Shown piece by piece: positions 28,058-37,422 of a DNA stretch of 39,094 bases (position 1 is the stretch's first letter; each line of letters opens with the position of its first letter). Source of the stretch: a virus (lineage: Duplodnaviria > Caudoviricetes). The position numbers and the translations under genes were made by a program. Where the stretch lies: positions 1-39,094 of the IMG/VR virus record IMGVR_UViG_3300014656_000061. One strand, given 5' to 3'. Under the pieces are notes generated by a model. It had not been told where the DNA came from. It did not search any database and saw only the letters and a list, made by a program, of their open reading frames with translations.

Positions 28058-29269
28058 CTATAGAAGTTCCCTCAAAGTATCCTCAGGTAAAATACTCTTA
28101 TACAATTCAACGACCTTTCCAGCCTCAACTTCTATATTCCTCTCCTCTTTGACCCACTTTTTAGCATTTGTTACGAATTTGTTACATTTTTTCTTCCCAT
28201 TCTTGATGTCCAGGATCATTTCTCGTAGCTTTGTTTCAAATTCTTCGTTATCTTTGTATGTCCAACAGTTTTCACCGTCTTTAATCACTCTTGAATATGG
28301 AAGCATGTCTTTAACGAGGCATGGTATCTCTAAACCAGAGAATTCGGTGAATTTTAACTCACTCTTATACTCATTGAATGATTTGCTTTCTAGGGGTATC
28401 AGGGCCCCGTCTAAGGCCATTGTCTTAATCTTGTATGTATATCCCTTAAATGGATACCAGCCACCTCTAATTATCCTATCTTCAAACGCTTTGAACTGGT
28501 TTTTATAGTAGCTACCATGGATATATAGTTTAACCTCTGGGAATTCATCCATTATCTTCTCTAAAGGTTCTTTAATCTCTTGCCAGTCTCCCATGTGGCT
28601 TACTCCACCCTCCCAACCGATCCTTATCTCTCCCTCTGGTTTGTCTGCTCGTATAAACTCGCCCTCTGGAAACAGGTCAAAGTTCAAACAGTTGAGTACC
28701 AACCCTGTAGCAACGTCTGCTTTACAGAATTCCTTATAGTAATCAATAAGGTTTTGTACTGGAGCCGTAATCATATCAGCAGATCCGAGTATATACATTA
28801 GGTTCATTTGCCCCTGTAGGTTCTTGTATCGGTTGAACTCCTGTGTGACACCGGTTACCCATATTGGTCTCTCTTCTACTATCTCACCATTCTCATTTCT
28901 TATCTGTGCAATAACATCTTGTGTTCCGAACTCTCTGTAGTGCTCACTCGTTGGCAATACTTCCATGGTATTATCGTCATGGTCAAACACTATCGGTTTA
29001 AGTGGATTGATATCTTCTTTGATTAGCTTTACATAGGCATAATCCCCAAGCCTAGCAACAATTATATCTGCATCATTGATTATTCTAGCCTGCTCATTTG
29101 GGTCTTCTTTGCCTTCCAGTAGCACGCTCTGTACATCTGTTCTGTTTTGGAATGCTTCGTGAAGCTGTCGGACTCTCATCCAGCCACACCCACCGTCATC
29201 AACAGGTAAAAATAATACTCGCATTGGTCTTTTGCCCTTGTTTTGGGCTTTCTTATTCTTGTGAGACAT
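28058..29269 (-). CDS. GT-B glycosyltransferase
   Basis: Motifs GCGWMRV, VFDHDDN, IGWEGGVSHMGDW and PLESKSFNEYKSELKFTEF. Confidence 0.85.
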   Translation of the reverse strand: MSHKNKKAQNKGKRPMRVLFLPVDDGGCGWMRVRQLHEAFQNRTDVQSVLLEGKEDPNEQARIINDADIIVARLGDYAYVKLIKEDINPLKPIVFDHDDNTMEVLPTSEHYREFGTQDVIAQIRNENGEIVEERPIWVTGVTQEFNRYKNLQGQMNLMYILGSADMITAPVQNLIDYYKEFCKADVATGLVLNCLNFDLFPEGEFIRADKPEGEIRIGWEGGVSHMGDWQEIKEPLEKIMDEFPEVKLYIHGSYYKNQFKAFEDRIIRGGWYPFKGYTYKIKTMALDGALIPLESKSFNEYKSELKFTEFSGLEIPCLVKDMLPYSRVIKDGENCWTYKDNEEFETKLREMILDIKNGKKKCNKFVTNAKKWVKEERNIEVEAGKVVELYKSILPEDTLRELL

Positions 29270-29291
29270 TGCTCTCGTTATAATAATTTAT

Positions 29292-29699
29292 CTATACTTT
29301 TTTAGGGTCTACTGTTAAACAGTTTCTACCCACTTCGTCATCAATAAATGCCTTCTTAAACTTGTCATCGCTTTTAATAACATCTGGCCCATATACCTCT
29401 TGAGCTACATAAAACATATCTCTTGGTATTCTAGCCACAAGTCTATACCCTCTCTCTTTAGAAAAGCCGTCTGTTTTCTTTCTGGCCTCTATATTCTCTG
29501 CAAACGTACCATTAAACCCTGTGTCTATTCCTTTAAGCATCTTTTCACGCCTATTCTTCTCTATCCTATCGGTGATCATCTTAAAGAGGATCTTTCTCTG
29601 TTCTGCATTCTTAGGCAATATACTCTCTAATTTCTCTTGTACTTCTTGAGGGGTTTTGCTCTGTTGTAGTGGCTTTCCCGTTGTATCTACTAATTCCAT
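29292..29699 (-). CDS. Hypothetical protein, leaderless
   Basis: TGTTATAAT (29706-29714) 6 nt before the ATG. Confidence 0.65.
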   Translation of the reverse strand: MELVDTTGKPLQQSKTPQEVQEKLESILPKNAEQRKILFKMITDRIEKNRREKMLKGIDTGFNGTFAENIEARKKTDGFSKERGYRLVARIPRDMFYVAQEVYGPDVIKSDDKFKKAFIDDEVGRNCLTVDPKKV

Positions 29700-29721
29700 A
29701 CATTAATTATAACATAAAACG

Positions 29722-29745
29722 AAAAAGGGAGGCCGAAACCTCCCC
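29722..29745 (-). terminator. Intrinsic terminator after the major capsid gene
   Basis: GGGAGGT-TTCG-GCCTCCC-TTTTT. Confidence 0.9.
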
Positions 29746-29769
29746 AATTCTGATAACCTAAGAAAACAA

Positions 29770-30648
29770 TTAACTTGTCTTCAAACCAGTCATCTTACCA
29801 TTTAGAGCTTCTGCTCTAGCCTCTAATGTCAACTCACCAGATACAACGCCGTTCTTTGCGTCTGCTGTTTCTGGATTATCTTTCTTCATTACAGGTCTTA
29901 ATTGAGCAACTGCCCATGTATTCTTACTTAGTAAGCATAGAGTATCAGCTGGCATTTGACTGTCGCCGTCTACTGCTAATCTACCAAATGGAGAATCATA
30001 GACCAAAACATCCGATGTGAATGTTTTTTGGCCATCGTTGAATGTTCTATTTGAAGACATCAATTCTGCAACTGCTCTCTTCTGTCTAAAGGAACCGACC
30101 ATCCAATCTGGTGTTCCACCGTTCTCGTATACTCCCTGAAGTGCGCTGTTAAGCTCAGTTTCAGTTAGGGCTCTACCTGTCCCTGTTCCTGTTGCGATTT
30201 CTGTAGTTATGAATGAAAGGATTCCCTTCAATCTTCTTGCAGTTCCTGAAGCACCTGAGTTTGCTGTTCCATTGATAAGAGCTTTCTCGATATCTCTACC
30301 GATCTCTTCTAATGCAACTTGGACTCTCCATGCGTACTCATCACCCATTCCAGCAGGATTTACTGCTTCTTGTGTGTTGGATACCTGGAATAACTTAGCA
30401 AATATCTGTGTGTAGTTGCTGAGTCTTGAAGGAGCCGTTAAGCTTCCGTAGGAATATGTAAAACCTTCAATCTGTGCATTAGTTGCAGCAGCATTGTAGG
30501 AATATGTACTCCATTCGTGGAGCGTGTTCATTGCTTTAACCTTTTTTAACCCTGAGAATACAGGTGTCTTCATTTGACCAATCTTGGTCAAGACATCTGT
30601 TAAATCTTCGTGGTTGGTTGTAGCCTGATATGTCTGATATACAGCCAT
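29770..30648 (-). CDS. Major capsid protein (DUF5309/SU10-like, HK97 fold)
   Basis: EDLTDV....TP......A.NT.HEW, NYTQIF...VS.T..AV, RDIEKALI.G, R.LKGI..FI and E.TLE.R motifs. Confidence 0.9.
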   Translation of the reverse strand: MAVYQTYQATTNHEDLTDVLTKIGQMKTPVFSGLKKVKAMNTLHEWSTYSYNAAATNAQIEGFTYSYGSLTAPSRLSNYTQIFAKLFQVSNTQEAVNPAGMGDEYAWRVQVALEEIGRDIEKALINGTANSGASGTARRLKGILSFITTEIATGTGTGRALTETELNSALQGVYENGGTPDWMVGSFRQKRAVAELMSSNRTFNDGQKTFTSDVLVYDSPFGRLAVDGDSQMPADTLCLLSKNTWAVAQLRPVMKKDNPETADAKNGVVSGELTLEARAEALNGKMTGLKTS

Positions 30649-30722
30649 GATATGTTAAGAATTAAACAATTAAAATTCCCTCGCTTCTCTCATTTAATTC
30701 CCTCGTTATTTTCAGATCATCC

Positions 30723-31472
30723 CTATCTTTGCGGCATAGGTGCGTGCTTTTTTAGGAATGAAGAAAAGTCTCCTGTTTGTGAAGCGGCTTCGAGTTCTGA
30801 ATTCCTGGTATCATCTACCTGGTTCATGCCTCCCTGTTGCTTCTCTGAGTATGCGGAACTCCTCTGCGCTTTTGCGGCTGCGTCTACAATAGCATCATAA
30901 TTTTTGAGTCTATATGCAGTCTCAGGATCAGATATTACCTGTCCCTTAGATGCTAACTCATCCATATATGCAGCTACCTCTTCAGCTTTAAATGCTGGTG
31001 CTCCGTCCTTGCCGTCATATTTGCCTTCAAGTCGATTACATTCAGAAATGAACATGTTTGCAGCTTTCTGCTCTTGTTCCCTCTGTACTTGTTCTTCTTT
31101 ACTTACATATCCAAGTTCGTCGATAATAGGTTTAAGAATGGCTTTCGCTCTTTCTTTCTCCTGTATCTGAGCTTGTTCTGTTGGCGTCATATTGGCAAGT
31201 CTCTCCTGTTCAACTCTCGTGGCCTCCTGTTCTTGTTTCCACTGTCTGAGTTCATTCCTTTCGGCGATAACCACATCCAATCGAGCCTTTGGAACTAAGT
31301 GTCCTTGAGCGTCTACTTGACCACCTTGCTGGTCATCCTGTGTTGTTTCTACTGTGTTTGGCGTCTTCTCTGACGTTGTAATAGAACCATTATCAGTGCT
31401 TGCTTCTACTGGTGCCGATGCAGTAACGGGTGCTTCCGTTGGTGTTGCGGCTGTTTGTACATTCTCGTCCAT
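30723..31472 (-). CDS. Capsid scaffolding protein
   Basis: Acidic/Thr-rich N-terminus, VP..RL..V..ERNEL coiled coil; lies between portal and capsid genes. Confidence 0.75.
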   Translation of the reverse strand: MDENVQTAATPTEAPVTASAPVEASTDNGSITTSEKTPNTVETTQDDQQGGQVDAQGHLVPKARLDVVIAERNELRQWKQEQEATRVEQERLANMTPTEQAQIQEKERAKAILKPIIDELGYVSKEEQVQREQEQKAANMFISECNRLEGKYDGKDGAPAFKAEEVAAYMDELASKGQVISDPETAYRLKNYDAIVDAAAKAQRSSAYSEKQQGGMNQVDDTRNSELEAASQTGDFSSFLKKHAPMPQR

Positions 31473-31523
31473 TGTATTTACTCACATTTTTACGACTTCA
31501 GTGTCGATTGAGTGTAAATTTAA

Positions 31524-31616
31524 CTATAAAGAGCCAGTGGATTATCTCCACTATGCTGGGGGCAACGAGAGCAACCCCCAACACACTAGAGACTTCCCTT
31601 ACATTTAATTATAACA
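31524..31616 (-). ncRNA. Promoter-proximal hairpin RNA with a loop complementary to the late-gene leader motif, followed by a boxA-like site
   Basis: TGTTATAAT (31608-31616); stem GUGUUGGGGGU/GCCCCCAGCAU plus UCUCUA/UGGAGA; loop UGCUCUCGUU (31564-31573); then GGCTCTTTATAG. Confidence 0.65.
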
Positions 31617-31627
31617 TACTCGTAACA

Positions 31628-33307
31628 CTATACCTGTAGTTCCATACCCTCTGGAAGTTGTGCCTCAGGGTCAATACCGTCTGCTGCTCCCTCTGGCATT
31701 GGTGGCATAGCTTCCTCTTGCAATCTCCTTGTCTCTTCTTCTGCATCAATATCCATGTTTTCAAGGACTGTCTTTCTACTTACATCTCCTCCAGCTCTAA
31801 GTGTCATTAATATATCCTTCTTACCTTCTTTAGTATGTGCAATACCACTTGTTATTCTTACTTGTACCTCTGGATTCCTTGGAATTGTAGCTATCTTGAG
31901 TAGTCTGTCCGTTGCTTCAATTTCTTTGTCTCCACCTATAACACCGTAGTATTTACCATCACTTGCTCTGAATGGTTTAGCTAACAACTGGTACTCGTAA
32001 CCCATGCTTAGGATATCTTCACCTATCTTAGCGTAACAATTAGAAAGGTTGTTAACAAGATCGTATAACTGATTGAAGTTAGCTGCAATCAAACTCTCAA
32101 TAGCCACTCCACTCTTTACTCCTGTTGGTGTTTGTCCTATGAACGCCTCATTGGCTGCGCCTATTGTTTGAATATAGCCGTTTAATGTATTAATCTGTCT
32201 CTCAACGTCACTACCTAGTGGAGGTGTCTGTAAGAACGTTGGTGCAAATCCTGGCTTGTAATATATCTTTTCTCCGTTCTGGTTAGTAATACTCTTTATT
32301 CCTGCGCCCTTTGGTACTAACAATCTGCCCTTGTTAATGAGGATATTGTATTCAAGTCTGCTTGTCTCTAAGTAGTTAGCTGCTTTGTTCAATGGTACAA
32401 TGTTCTTGACCCAACCCTCGCCGTATATGCTTCCGATGTTAATATCAGGTTGATACAGTTCAAATGGCAACTTCTTAAAGGTTGTTAATTCATTCCTGAG
32501 TATCTGATCGTCACACGTTGTGATTACTCTAATTCCATCTTTGGTTCTGCACCATGTCTCATGGAGGATTAGGTTCTTGCTGTCATTATCGATACTGTTC
32601 TCATTGTTTAGTATAAGGTTTTTGTAATCACTCTCACTTAACTTGTTTGTAGGTGACAACTCCTCTATGATCTTCTGATCGTAGTTAGGATTATCCTGTA
32701 TCAATTCAAATGGCTTACTCATAACCTTGATCATGTATCTTGCATCCTCTACACCTGTGCAATATGGGTCAAGATATGTGTCAAATGGGTCAAGCACTTC
32801 TAACCATACATTTCCCTCTCCATCGTCTGTCTTGTCGTCGTATCCATACTGGAATATACCAAGACCGTATAGCAATCCATACAAGAGAGCTTTGTTCCCC
32901 TTGTCTTCCATGTTCAACTTGCCATATTCGAATGCTAAGTACTCTCCTAATATCCTACTGGTATCTGCGTCTAGGTTCCCATAAGGTAATGCGTCTACAT
33001 CCCATTGAGGGTTAGTCTTCATTACAGCGTTCCTGATAGCTCTACAAACCATGTAGGTATGATTAACGTAGAATGTTAGTGGGTTTCTATTGTCTTTAAC
33101 GAATGATCCGGTAGTCTTGTCGAACTTGAGGTTCTGGTATCCCTTGTAATACATATAGTTGACAAACCATTGCAACTCTACGTTGTTTCCTCTCCAGTTT
33201 TTACTCTCATCGAACTTCTCCTGAGTGTATGTTAACCAGTATGTGTTATCGTACTTTTCTTTTGTTTTCTTCTCTTGGTTAACCTGAGCTATGCTTTTGT
33301 CCGCCAT
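31628..33307 (-). CDS. Portal protein (P22-like)
   Basis: 559 aa, after TerL; motifs YY.G.Q, VN, LDPFD.Y.DP, LPF, YGEG.V..IVP.....N and SGVAI..L. Confidence 0.85.
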   Translation of the reverse strand: MADKSIAQVNQEKKTKEKYDNTYWLTYTQEKFDESKNWRGNNVELQWFVNYMYYKGYQNLKFDKTTGSFVKDNRNPLTFYVNHTYMVCRAIRNAVMKTNPQWDVDALPYGNLDADTSRILGEYLAFEYGKLNMEDKGNKALLYGLLYGLGIFQYGYDDKTDDGEGNVWLEVLDPFDTYLDPYCTGVEDARYMIKVMSKPFELIQDNPNYDQKIIEELSPTNKLSESDYKNLILNNENSIDNDSKNLILHETWCRTKDGIRVITTCDDQILRNELTTFKKLPFELYQPDINIGSIYGEGWVKNIVPLNKAANYLETSRLEYNILINKGRLLVPKGAGIKSITNQNGEKIYYKPGFAPTFLQTPPLGSDVERQINTLNGYIQTIGAANEAFIGQTPTGVKSGVAIESLIAANFNQLYDLVNNLSNCYAKIGEDILSMGYEYQLLAKPFRASDGKYYGVIGGDKEIEATDRLLKIATIPRNPEVQVRITSGIAHTKEGKKDILMTLRAGGDVSRKTVLENMDIDAEEETRRLQEEAMPPMPEGAADGIDPEAQLPEGMELQV

Positions 33308-33341
33308 TTAACTGTCCATCAATATTAATCCCCTCGTTGGA

Positions 33342-33611
33342 TTATTCACTAAACTTTGCATTCTTATCTACGGCCTCCTGTATTATCTGGTCCATGTTTT
33401 CCAATTCAACCAAGTTCTGATCCTCATCAATTATTTCCTCTTCTGGCTTATCACTATAGGTTGTATATTCTGGTAAGTCTCTAGCCTTGAGCAACTTCTG
33501 CAATTCACGTCTCTCTTTACTACCGGTTATAACCTGTAAAGAAGCTACTGCTCCTAATGCTATTATCGCCAATCCGGTAAGTACACACAACACTATGACT
33601 ATTGTTTCCAT
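33342..33611 (-). CDS. Small membrane protein, leaderless
   Basis: N-terminal TM helix, LKARDL.EY motif; TGTTATAAT 7 nt before the ATG. Confidence 0.65.
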   Translation of the reverse strand: METIVIVLCVLTGLAIIALGAVASLQVITGSKERRELQKLLKARDLPEYTTYSDKPEEEIIDEDQNLVELENMDQIIQEAVDKNAKFSE

Positions 33612-33629
33612 ATATATAATTATAACATA

Positions 33630-34976
33630 TTAGAATATACTATCTCCGGACATAAGGTCATCAACTCTCTCCCCCATGTCAATCTCATTGATATCCTCAC
33701 TATCTTCTTTCTCTTCTACTATACGTCCATACATATCAAGCTCAGGGTGGTCAAAGTAATCTGGCCTACTCATGATCATGTAACGGAATGCGTCAGCCAA
33801 GTCATCCCCTATCTTATACGGTGCAGGGTTCATACCATACCCACCGTCTCCATACTCCTTCCAATGGTAGTTTTTCACTTCTTCTATGAGCTTAGGGCAA
33901 CGCCTAGATATGTATAGCTTGTTCTCCCGTAGTAACCTTGTTGTCCTACTTATACCAGCCATGACATTGTTATCCGCTGGAATGAATGGCCAACCCTCTT
34001 CTTGTAACTGGAACAGAATACTCTGCCCACTTGTCTGTTGTGTCCCCTTACTTGCAGGGTCTATTACATACAGCTGTACATGCTCCATGGTCAATCCATT
34101 ACGCATTAGCATTGAGTTGATATAGTTCCCTATCTGTTTAGTATCAAGATACTGCTCTCTAAACTCATCTCTAATGAATATGTTATGTTCAACATCTTCC
34201 ATGCCAAGTAGGCACGCTGTAGGATGCTCCCAACCAACGTCTAGTGCAATGAAGTATGTATCTGTTAATCTCTTTAGTTGTGGCTCTCTTACATGTAATT
34301 CCTCCTTGAAGTCTGGATATATCATGCCTGCAAACGCCTCAAAGCTAGCCATGTACTCCTGTTTCCATATAAGCTCCGGTGTCTTACCTCGGACCTCTTC
34401 TATCTGTCCCTTGCTCCAGTACGGAGAGTCGTAGACTGTAAACTTGTAACTTGAATATTCTGGTGTATGCTCCATCCCACGTATGTATAGTTCTTCAAAC
34501 AATCCTTGCCCCTTTGGAGTACCAATGATTCTTGTTTGATTATCCTCAGCCTTGATCATAGGCATTATAGTATTGTGCCACAATGATGGCTTCTTTAGGA
34601 TATGTCCTGCTTCATTAAGCACTGCTCGTTTATAATTGAACCCTTCTAGGTTCTCTGGCTTCTGAGCTGATCCGAAGTCTATGTATCCCCTTGGCAGTTT
34701 GAGTATCTTCTTCTGAGCGTTCCAATCACAATACAACAATACAGGTTTGAGCAATGGTCTGAAGTATCTCTCTACGTATTTGTCTATGTTAGTCTGAACA
34801 GTATCAACCCAAAGAGAAGGACAATCTAGTTTCATTGTCTCCCTTATAATCCACTGTGAAAAGTTGTATGTCTTCCCTGTTTGTCTTCCCGCTGGTACTA
34901 CTACATAATGTGCCGGATCGTTAATTGCTGGGAGTATAAACTCAGGATAATTAAACTCAAGATTCAGGTCTACCAT
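33630..34976 (-). CDS. terL: Terminase large subunit
   Basis: Walker A AGRQTGKT; Walker B variant AVLNEAG; IGTPKG; QEY.A.F; nuclease ALDVGWEHP and DD.ADA.RY. Confidence 0.93.
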   Translation of the reverse strand: MVDLNLEFNYPEFILPAINDPAHYVVVPAGRQTGKTYNFSQWIIRETMKLDCPSLWVDTVQTNIDKYVERYFRPLLKPVLLYCDWNAQKKILKLPRGYIDFGSAQKPENLEGFNYKRAVLNEAGHILKKPSLWHNTIMPMIKAEDNQTRIIGTPKGQGLFEELYIRGMEHTPEYSSYKFTVYDSPYWSKGQIEEVRGKTPELIWKQEYMASFEAFAGMIYPDFKEELHVREPQLKRLTDTYFIALDVGWEHPTACLLGMEDVEHNIFIRDEFREQYLDTKQIGNYINSMLMRNGLTMEHVQLYVIDPASKGTQQTSGQSILFQLQEEGWPFIPADNNVMAGISRTTRLLRENKLYISRRCPKLIEEVKNYHWKEYGDGGYGMNPAPYKIGDDLADAFRYMIMSRPDYFDHPELDMYGRIVEEKEDSEDINEIDMGERVDDLMSGDSIF

Positions 34977-35241
34977 CTTTTGCTATCCCCTCGTTGATAT
35001 TAATACTTATGTCCTTATCCATTTCCAATCCAATAGCTTGCTTAGGTTTAGCCATTGCATAATCCCATATAAGTTTGATTGCGTTTATCTTATCTGCTAT
35101 CTTCGCCTCTGGGTTTTGATAAATGCCATATAGTGTCATTGCTTGCTCTGATATTCTCTCTTCTGTATTAAGCATTAAAAAGGCTTCTGTTAGCTCTCTA
35201 CTCTGTTTTATCTTGTTAGACTTGTGGTCTGTTCCTGCCAT
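34957..35241 (-). CDS. Putative terminase small subunit
   Basis: Small helical protein overlapping the terL start; AIKLI.DY...KPKQ motif. Confidence 0.6.
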   Translation of the reverse strand: MAGTDHKSNKIKQSRELTEAFLMLNTEERISEQAMTLYGIYQNPEAKIADKINAIKLIWDYAMAKPKQAIGLEMDKDISININEGIAKDGRPES

Positions 35242-35286
35242 TTTGTGCTCTGATTATAGGATATTATACTCGGTCAATTTCATATT

Positions 35287-35360
35287 AGCTCCAGACTGGA
35301 TTCGAACCAATGACCTTCAATTTACAAAATTGTTGCTCTAGCCAGCTGAGCTACAGGAGC
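35287..35360 (-). tRNA. tRNA-Thr(UGU)
   Basis: GCTCCTG-TA-GCTC AGCTGGCTA GAGC-A-ACAAT TT TGT AA ATTGA-AGGTC-ATTGG TTCGAAT CCAGT-CTGGAGC-T. One U-U mismatch in the acceptor stem, one A-A mismatch in the anticodon stem, no encoded CCA; own TGATATAAT at 35377-35385. Confidence 0.9.
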
Positions 35361-35377
35361 TTATGTTCCTTACTTAA

Positions 35378-36199
35378 TTATATCACGCTTTCACACCACT
35401 TCAGTATCTTCTCAAATGGCATTGTCCTAGGGCTTACTTCCAATGATAGGTCTCTTTGCTTTTGTCTTGGTAGCCTGTCACCAATCTTTAGATATGTGTA
35501 GTCTAGTTCCATTCGGCCAGGATCTCCGTCTATCTTGTAGGATTCCTTCTCGTCTATAACATATACTGGCAGTCCAGCAAGAGTAGCTATGGTTTCAAAC
35601 GTGCTATACCTTGGAGTGAATACCATATCATAGTTGTGTATGTTATCTTTTATATCTTGTATTATGTTCCCCTCTGTGTTGTTCTTCCATGTGTTATAGT
35701 TATCCCCATCAAATCCTGTTTTATCATTTAGTTTTACTGTCCATTCAAAGTCGGGATACACCTCTCTAAGTTCCTTGAACCTGTTGTTGTTATATTCTGT
35801 TCTGTCTTCCACCCAATGTAGTGCAACGTATAGGGCTTTCTTGCCAAACCCATGATCCTTTTTCTTTATTCCATCAAACACAGGGCTTCCTGTTACTAAT
35901 ATCCTATCTCTTGGGACTTTTGCTTTAGCCAAGTATGCCTTTGTTAGTTTGCCCAGTGCTAGGTATCCGTCTGAACAGGGCTGTCTCTTGTTGAGGTAGT
36001 AATCAGACAATGCTCCAAATCCATGCTCGTATGTTATTACTTTCTTACCTAATGTTTTGAACATATCAACCTGGTCCTTAAACGGCCAGTCTGCCCACAT
36101 GAACACAATGTCCGCGTCTAGGGCACTAGCAACGTTTCCTGCTGGCCATTTCCAAAAGTCATGATGATTGTATACAAAGTAGTTCATATTATTCTCCAT
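35378..36199 (-). CDS. GT-B-fold polysaccharide biosynthesis protein
   Basis: YEHG, ILVTGSPVFD and YST..T.A.L.G.PV motifs, as in capsule/sialyl/glycerophosphotransferase-like proteins. Confidence 0.6.
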   Translation of the reverse strand: MENNMNYFVYNHHDFWKWPAGNVASALDADIVFMWADWPFKDQVDMFKTLGKKVITYEHGFGALSDYYLNKRQPCSDGYLALGKLTKAYLAKAKVPRDRILVTGSPVFDGIKKKDHGFGKKALYVALHWVEDRTEYNNNRFKELREVYPDFEWTVKLNDKTGFDGDNYNTWKNNTEGNIIQDIKDNIHNYDMVFTPRYSTFETIATLAGLPVYVIDEKESYKIDGDPGRMELDYTYLKIGDRLPRQKQRDLSLEVSPRTMPFEKILKWCESVI

Positions 36200-36795
36200 T
36201 TCTCTGGTATCAATTTAGCTATGCTTCTCCTATATGTAAGGTCACCTACATTCAATTCTCTGCCTAAAGTCTTTAATCTCTCTTTCGCTCTCTTTATGTC
36301 TGCATCCCGCAAGTGTAACATTACTAGGTTTGGGTCTGGTGCTACCTCACCTGCTGTGTGATGATTATTAAGGTATACAGTCGGCTTTGTTATTGCTATA
36401 GTTTTGTCGTACATCTCATCTCTTGACCACATACTTCTTTGGCTGAGAATCGGTTTGCTTAGGTCCAGGTCTGCGTCACCATCCATTTCAACAACGTTAT
36501 ATCCTGTACACCTCGCTGATGGTTGACTCATTCTATCTAGGTACTCACCAAGATCCTTGTATACGTCTGGGTCTGGGACAATTATCTCATCTACATCAGC
36601 AAATAATATAAGATCATAATCTCTCAATAGCTCTTCTTGCATATCATTGAGTAGCTTAGTTGTTGCGCCCCAGTCATGCTTGAGTAACTCCCCTGTATCA
36701 ACTAACTCTAGTTTATCAAAGAACTTCCCGTAGTATTTCTTCCATAGGTCAGTATACGTAGAATTCTCTATTGTAAATGTTACGGCTATTCTCAT
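36184..36795 (-). CDS. GT-A (GT2-like) glycosyltransferase
   Basis: YDLILFADVDEIIVPDP DxD motif and L.MLHL motif. Confidence 0.75.
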   Translation of the reverse strand: MRIAVTFTIENSTYTDLWKKYYGKFFDKLELVDTGELLKHDWGATTKLLNDMQEELLRDYDLILFADVDEIIVPDPDVYKDLGEYLDRMSQPSARCTGYNVVEMDGDADLDLSKPILSQRSMWSRDEMYDKTIAITKPTVYLNNHHTAGEVAPDPNLVMLHLRDADIKRAKERLKTLGRELNVGDLTYRRSIAKLIPEKWRII

Positions 36796-36826
36796 CGGTT
36801 AAACGGTGTGCTGTATATTATTGTTT

Positions 36827-37411
36827 TCATAGTTCGATTATGCCAAGCCCATGGGACTCTAATCTCTCACTAAACTTCCACTCCGGATGCTCATTCTGTA
36901 GTTCCTTGAAGTATCTGCCAATCCCGAAGTCTCTCTCTGTTACTTGAGTATCATGGAGAATTATATGCCCGCCTTTAGGAACAAACTTTAACCAATTCTC
37001 GAAATCCTCTTTAATGTCATCATAGAAGTGCCTTCCATCTATATGTAATAGGTCAATTGTTTTATCCTTTCTCTTCTCCCATTCCTCTAGCGCCTCATTA
37101 AACGTCTTCTTGATCAGTGTTACATTGTCATATTGTGATAGACACTCTGTAGCTATATCCTCTATATTCCTCCCAAAGAACCCACTATGCTCGTCCCCTT
37201 GGAAATGGTCTACTCCATATAGCTTTGTATCCAACTCGTTATCTCTGCAACTCTCTGCCATTGTGGATAGAGAGTGTGATAGGTATACCCCTAGTTCAAC
37301 CACGGTCTCAGGCTTCCATATAGGTATCTGATTATATATATACAGTATATGGCCTTTCCATGCGGTCTCGTGCTCTCCTAAGTATTTGTACCAATCAAAG
37401 TCTTCAAACAT
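36827..37411 (-). CDS. Class I SAM-dependent methyltransferase (Methyltransf_24-like)
   Basis: VVELGV, GVDHF.GD and IDLLHIDGRHFYDDIKEDF.NW...V.KGG.IILHD motifs. Confidence 0.9.
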   Translation of the reverse strand: MFEDFDWYKYLGEHETAWKGHILYIYNQIPIWKPETVVELGVYLSHSLSTMAESCRDNELDTKLYGVDHFQGDEHSGFFGRNIEDIATECLSQYDNVTLIKKTFNEALEEWEKRKDKTIDLLHIDGRHFYDDIKEDFENWLKFVPKGGHIILHDTQVTERDFGIGRYFKELQNEHPEWKFSERLESHGLGIIEL

Positions 37412-37422
37412 AGTAGTAATGG

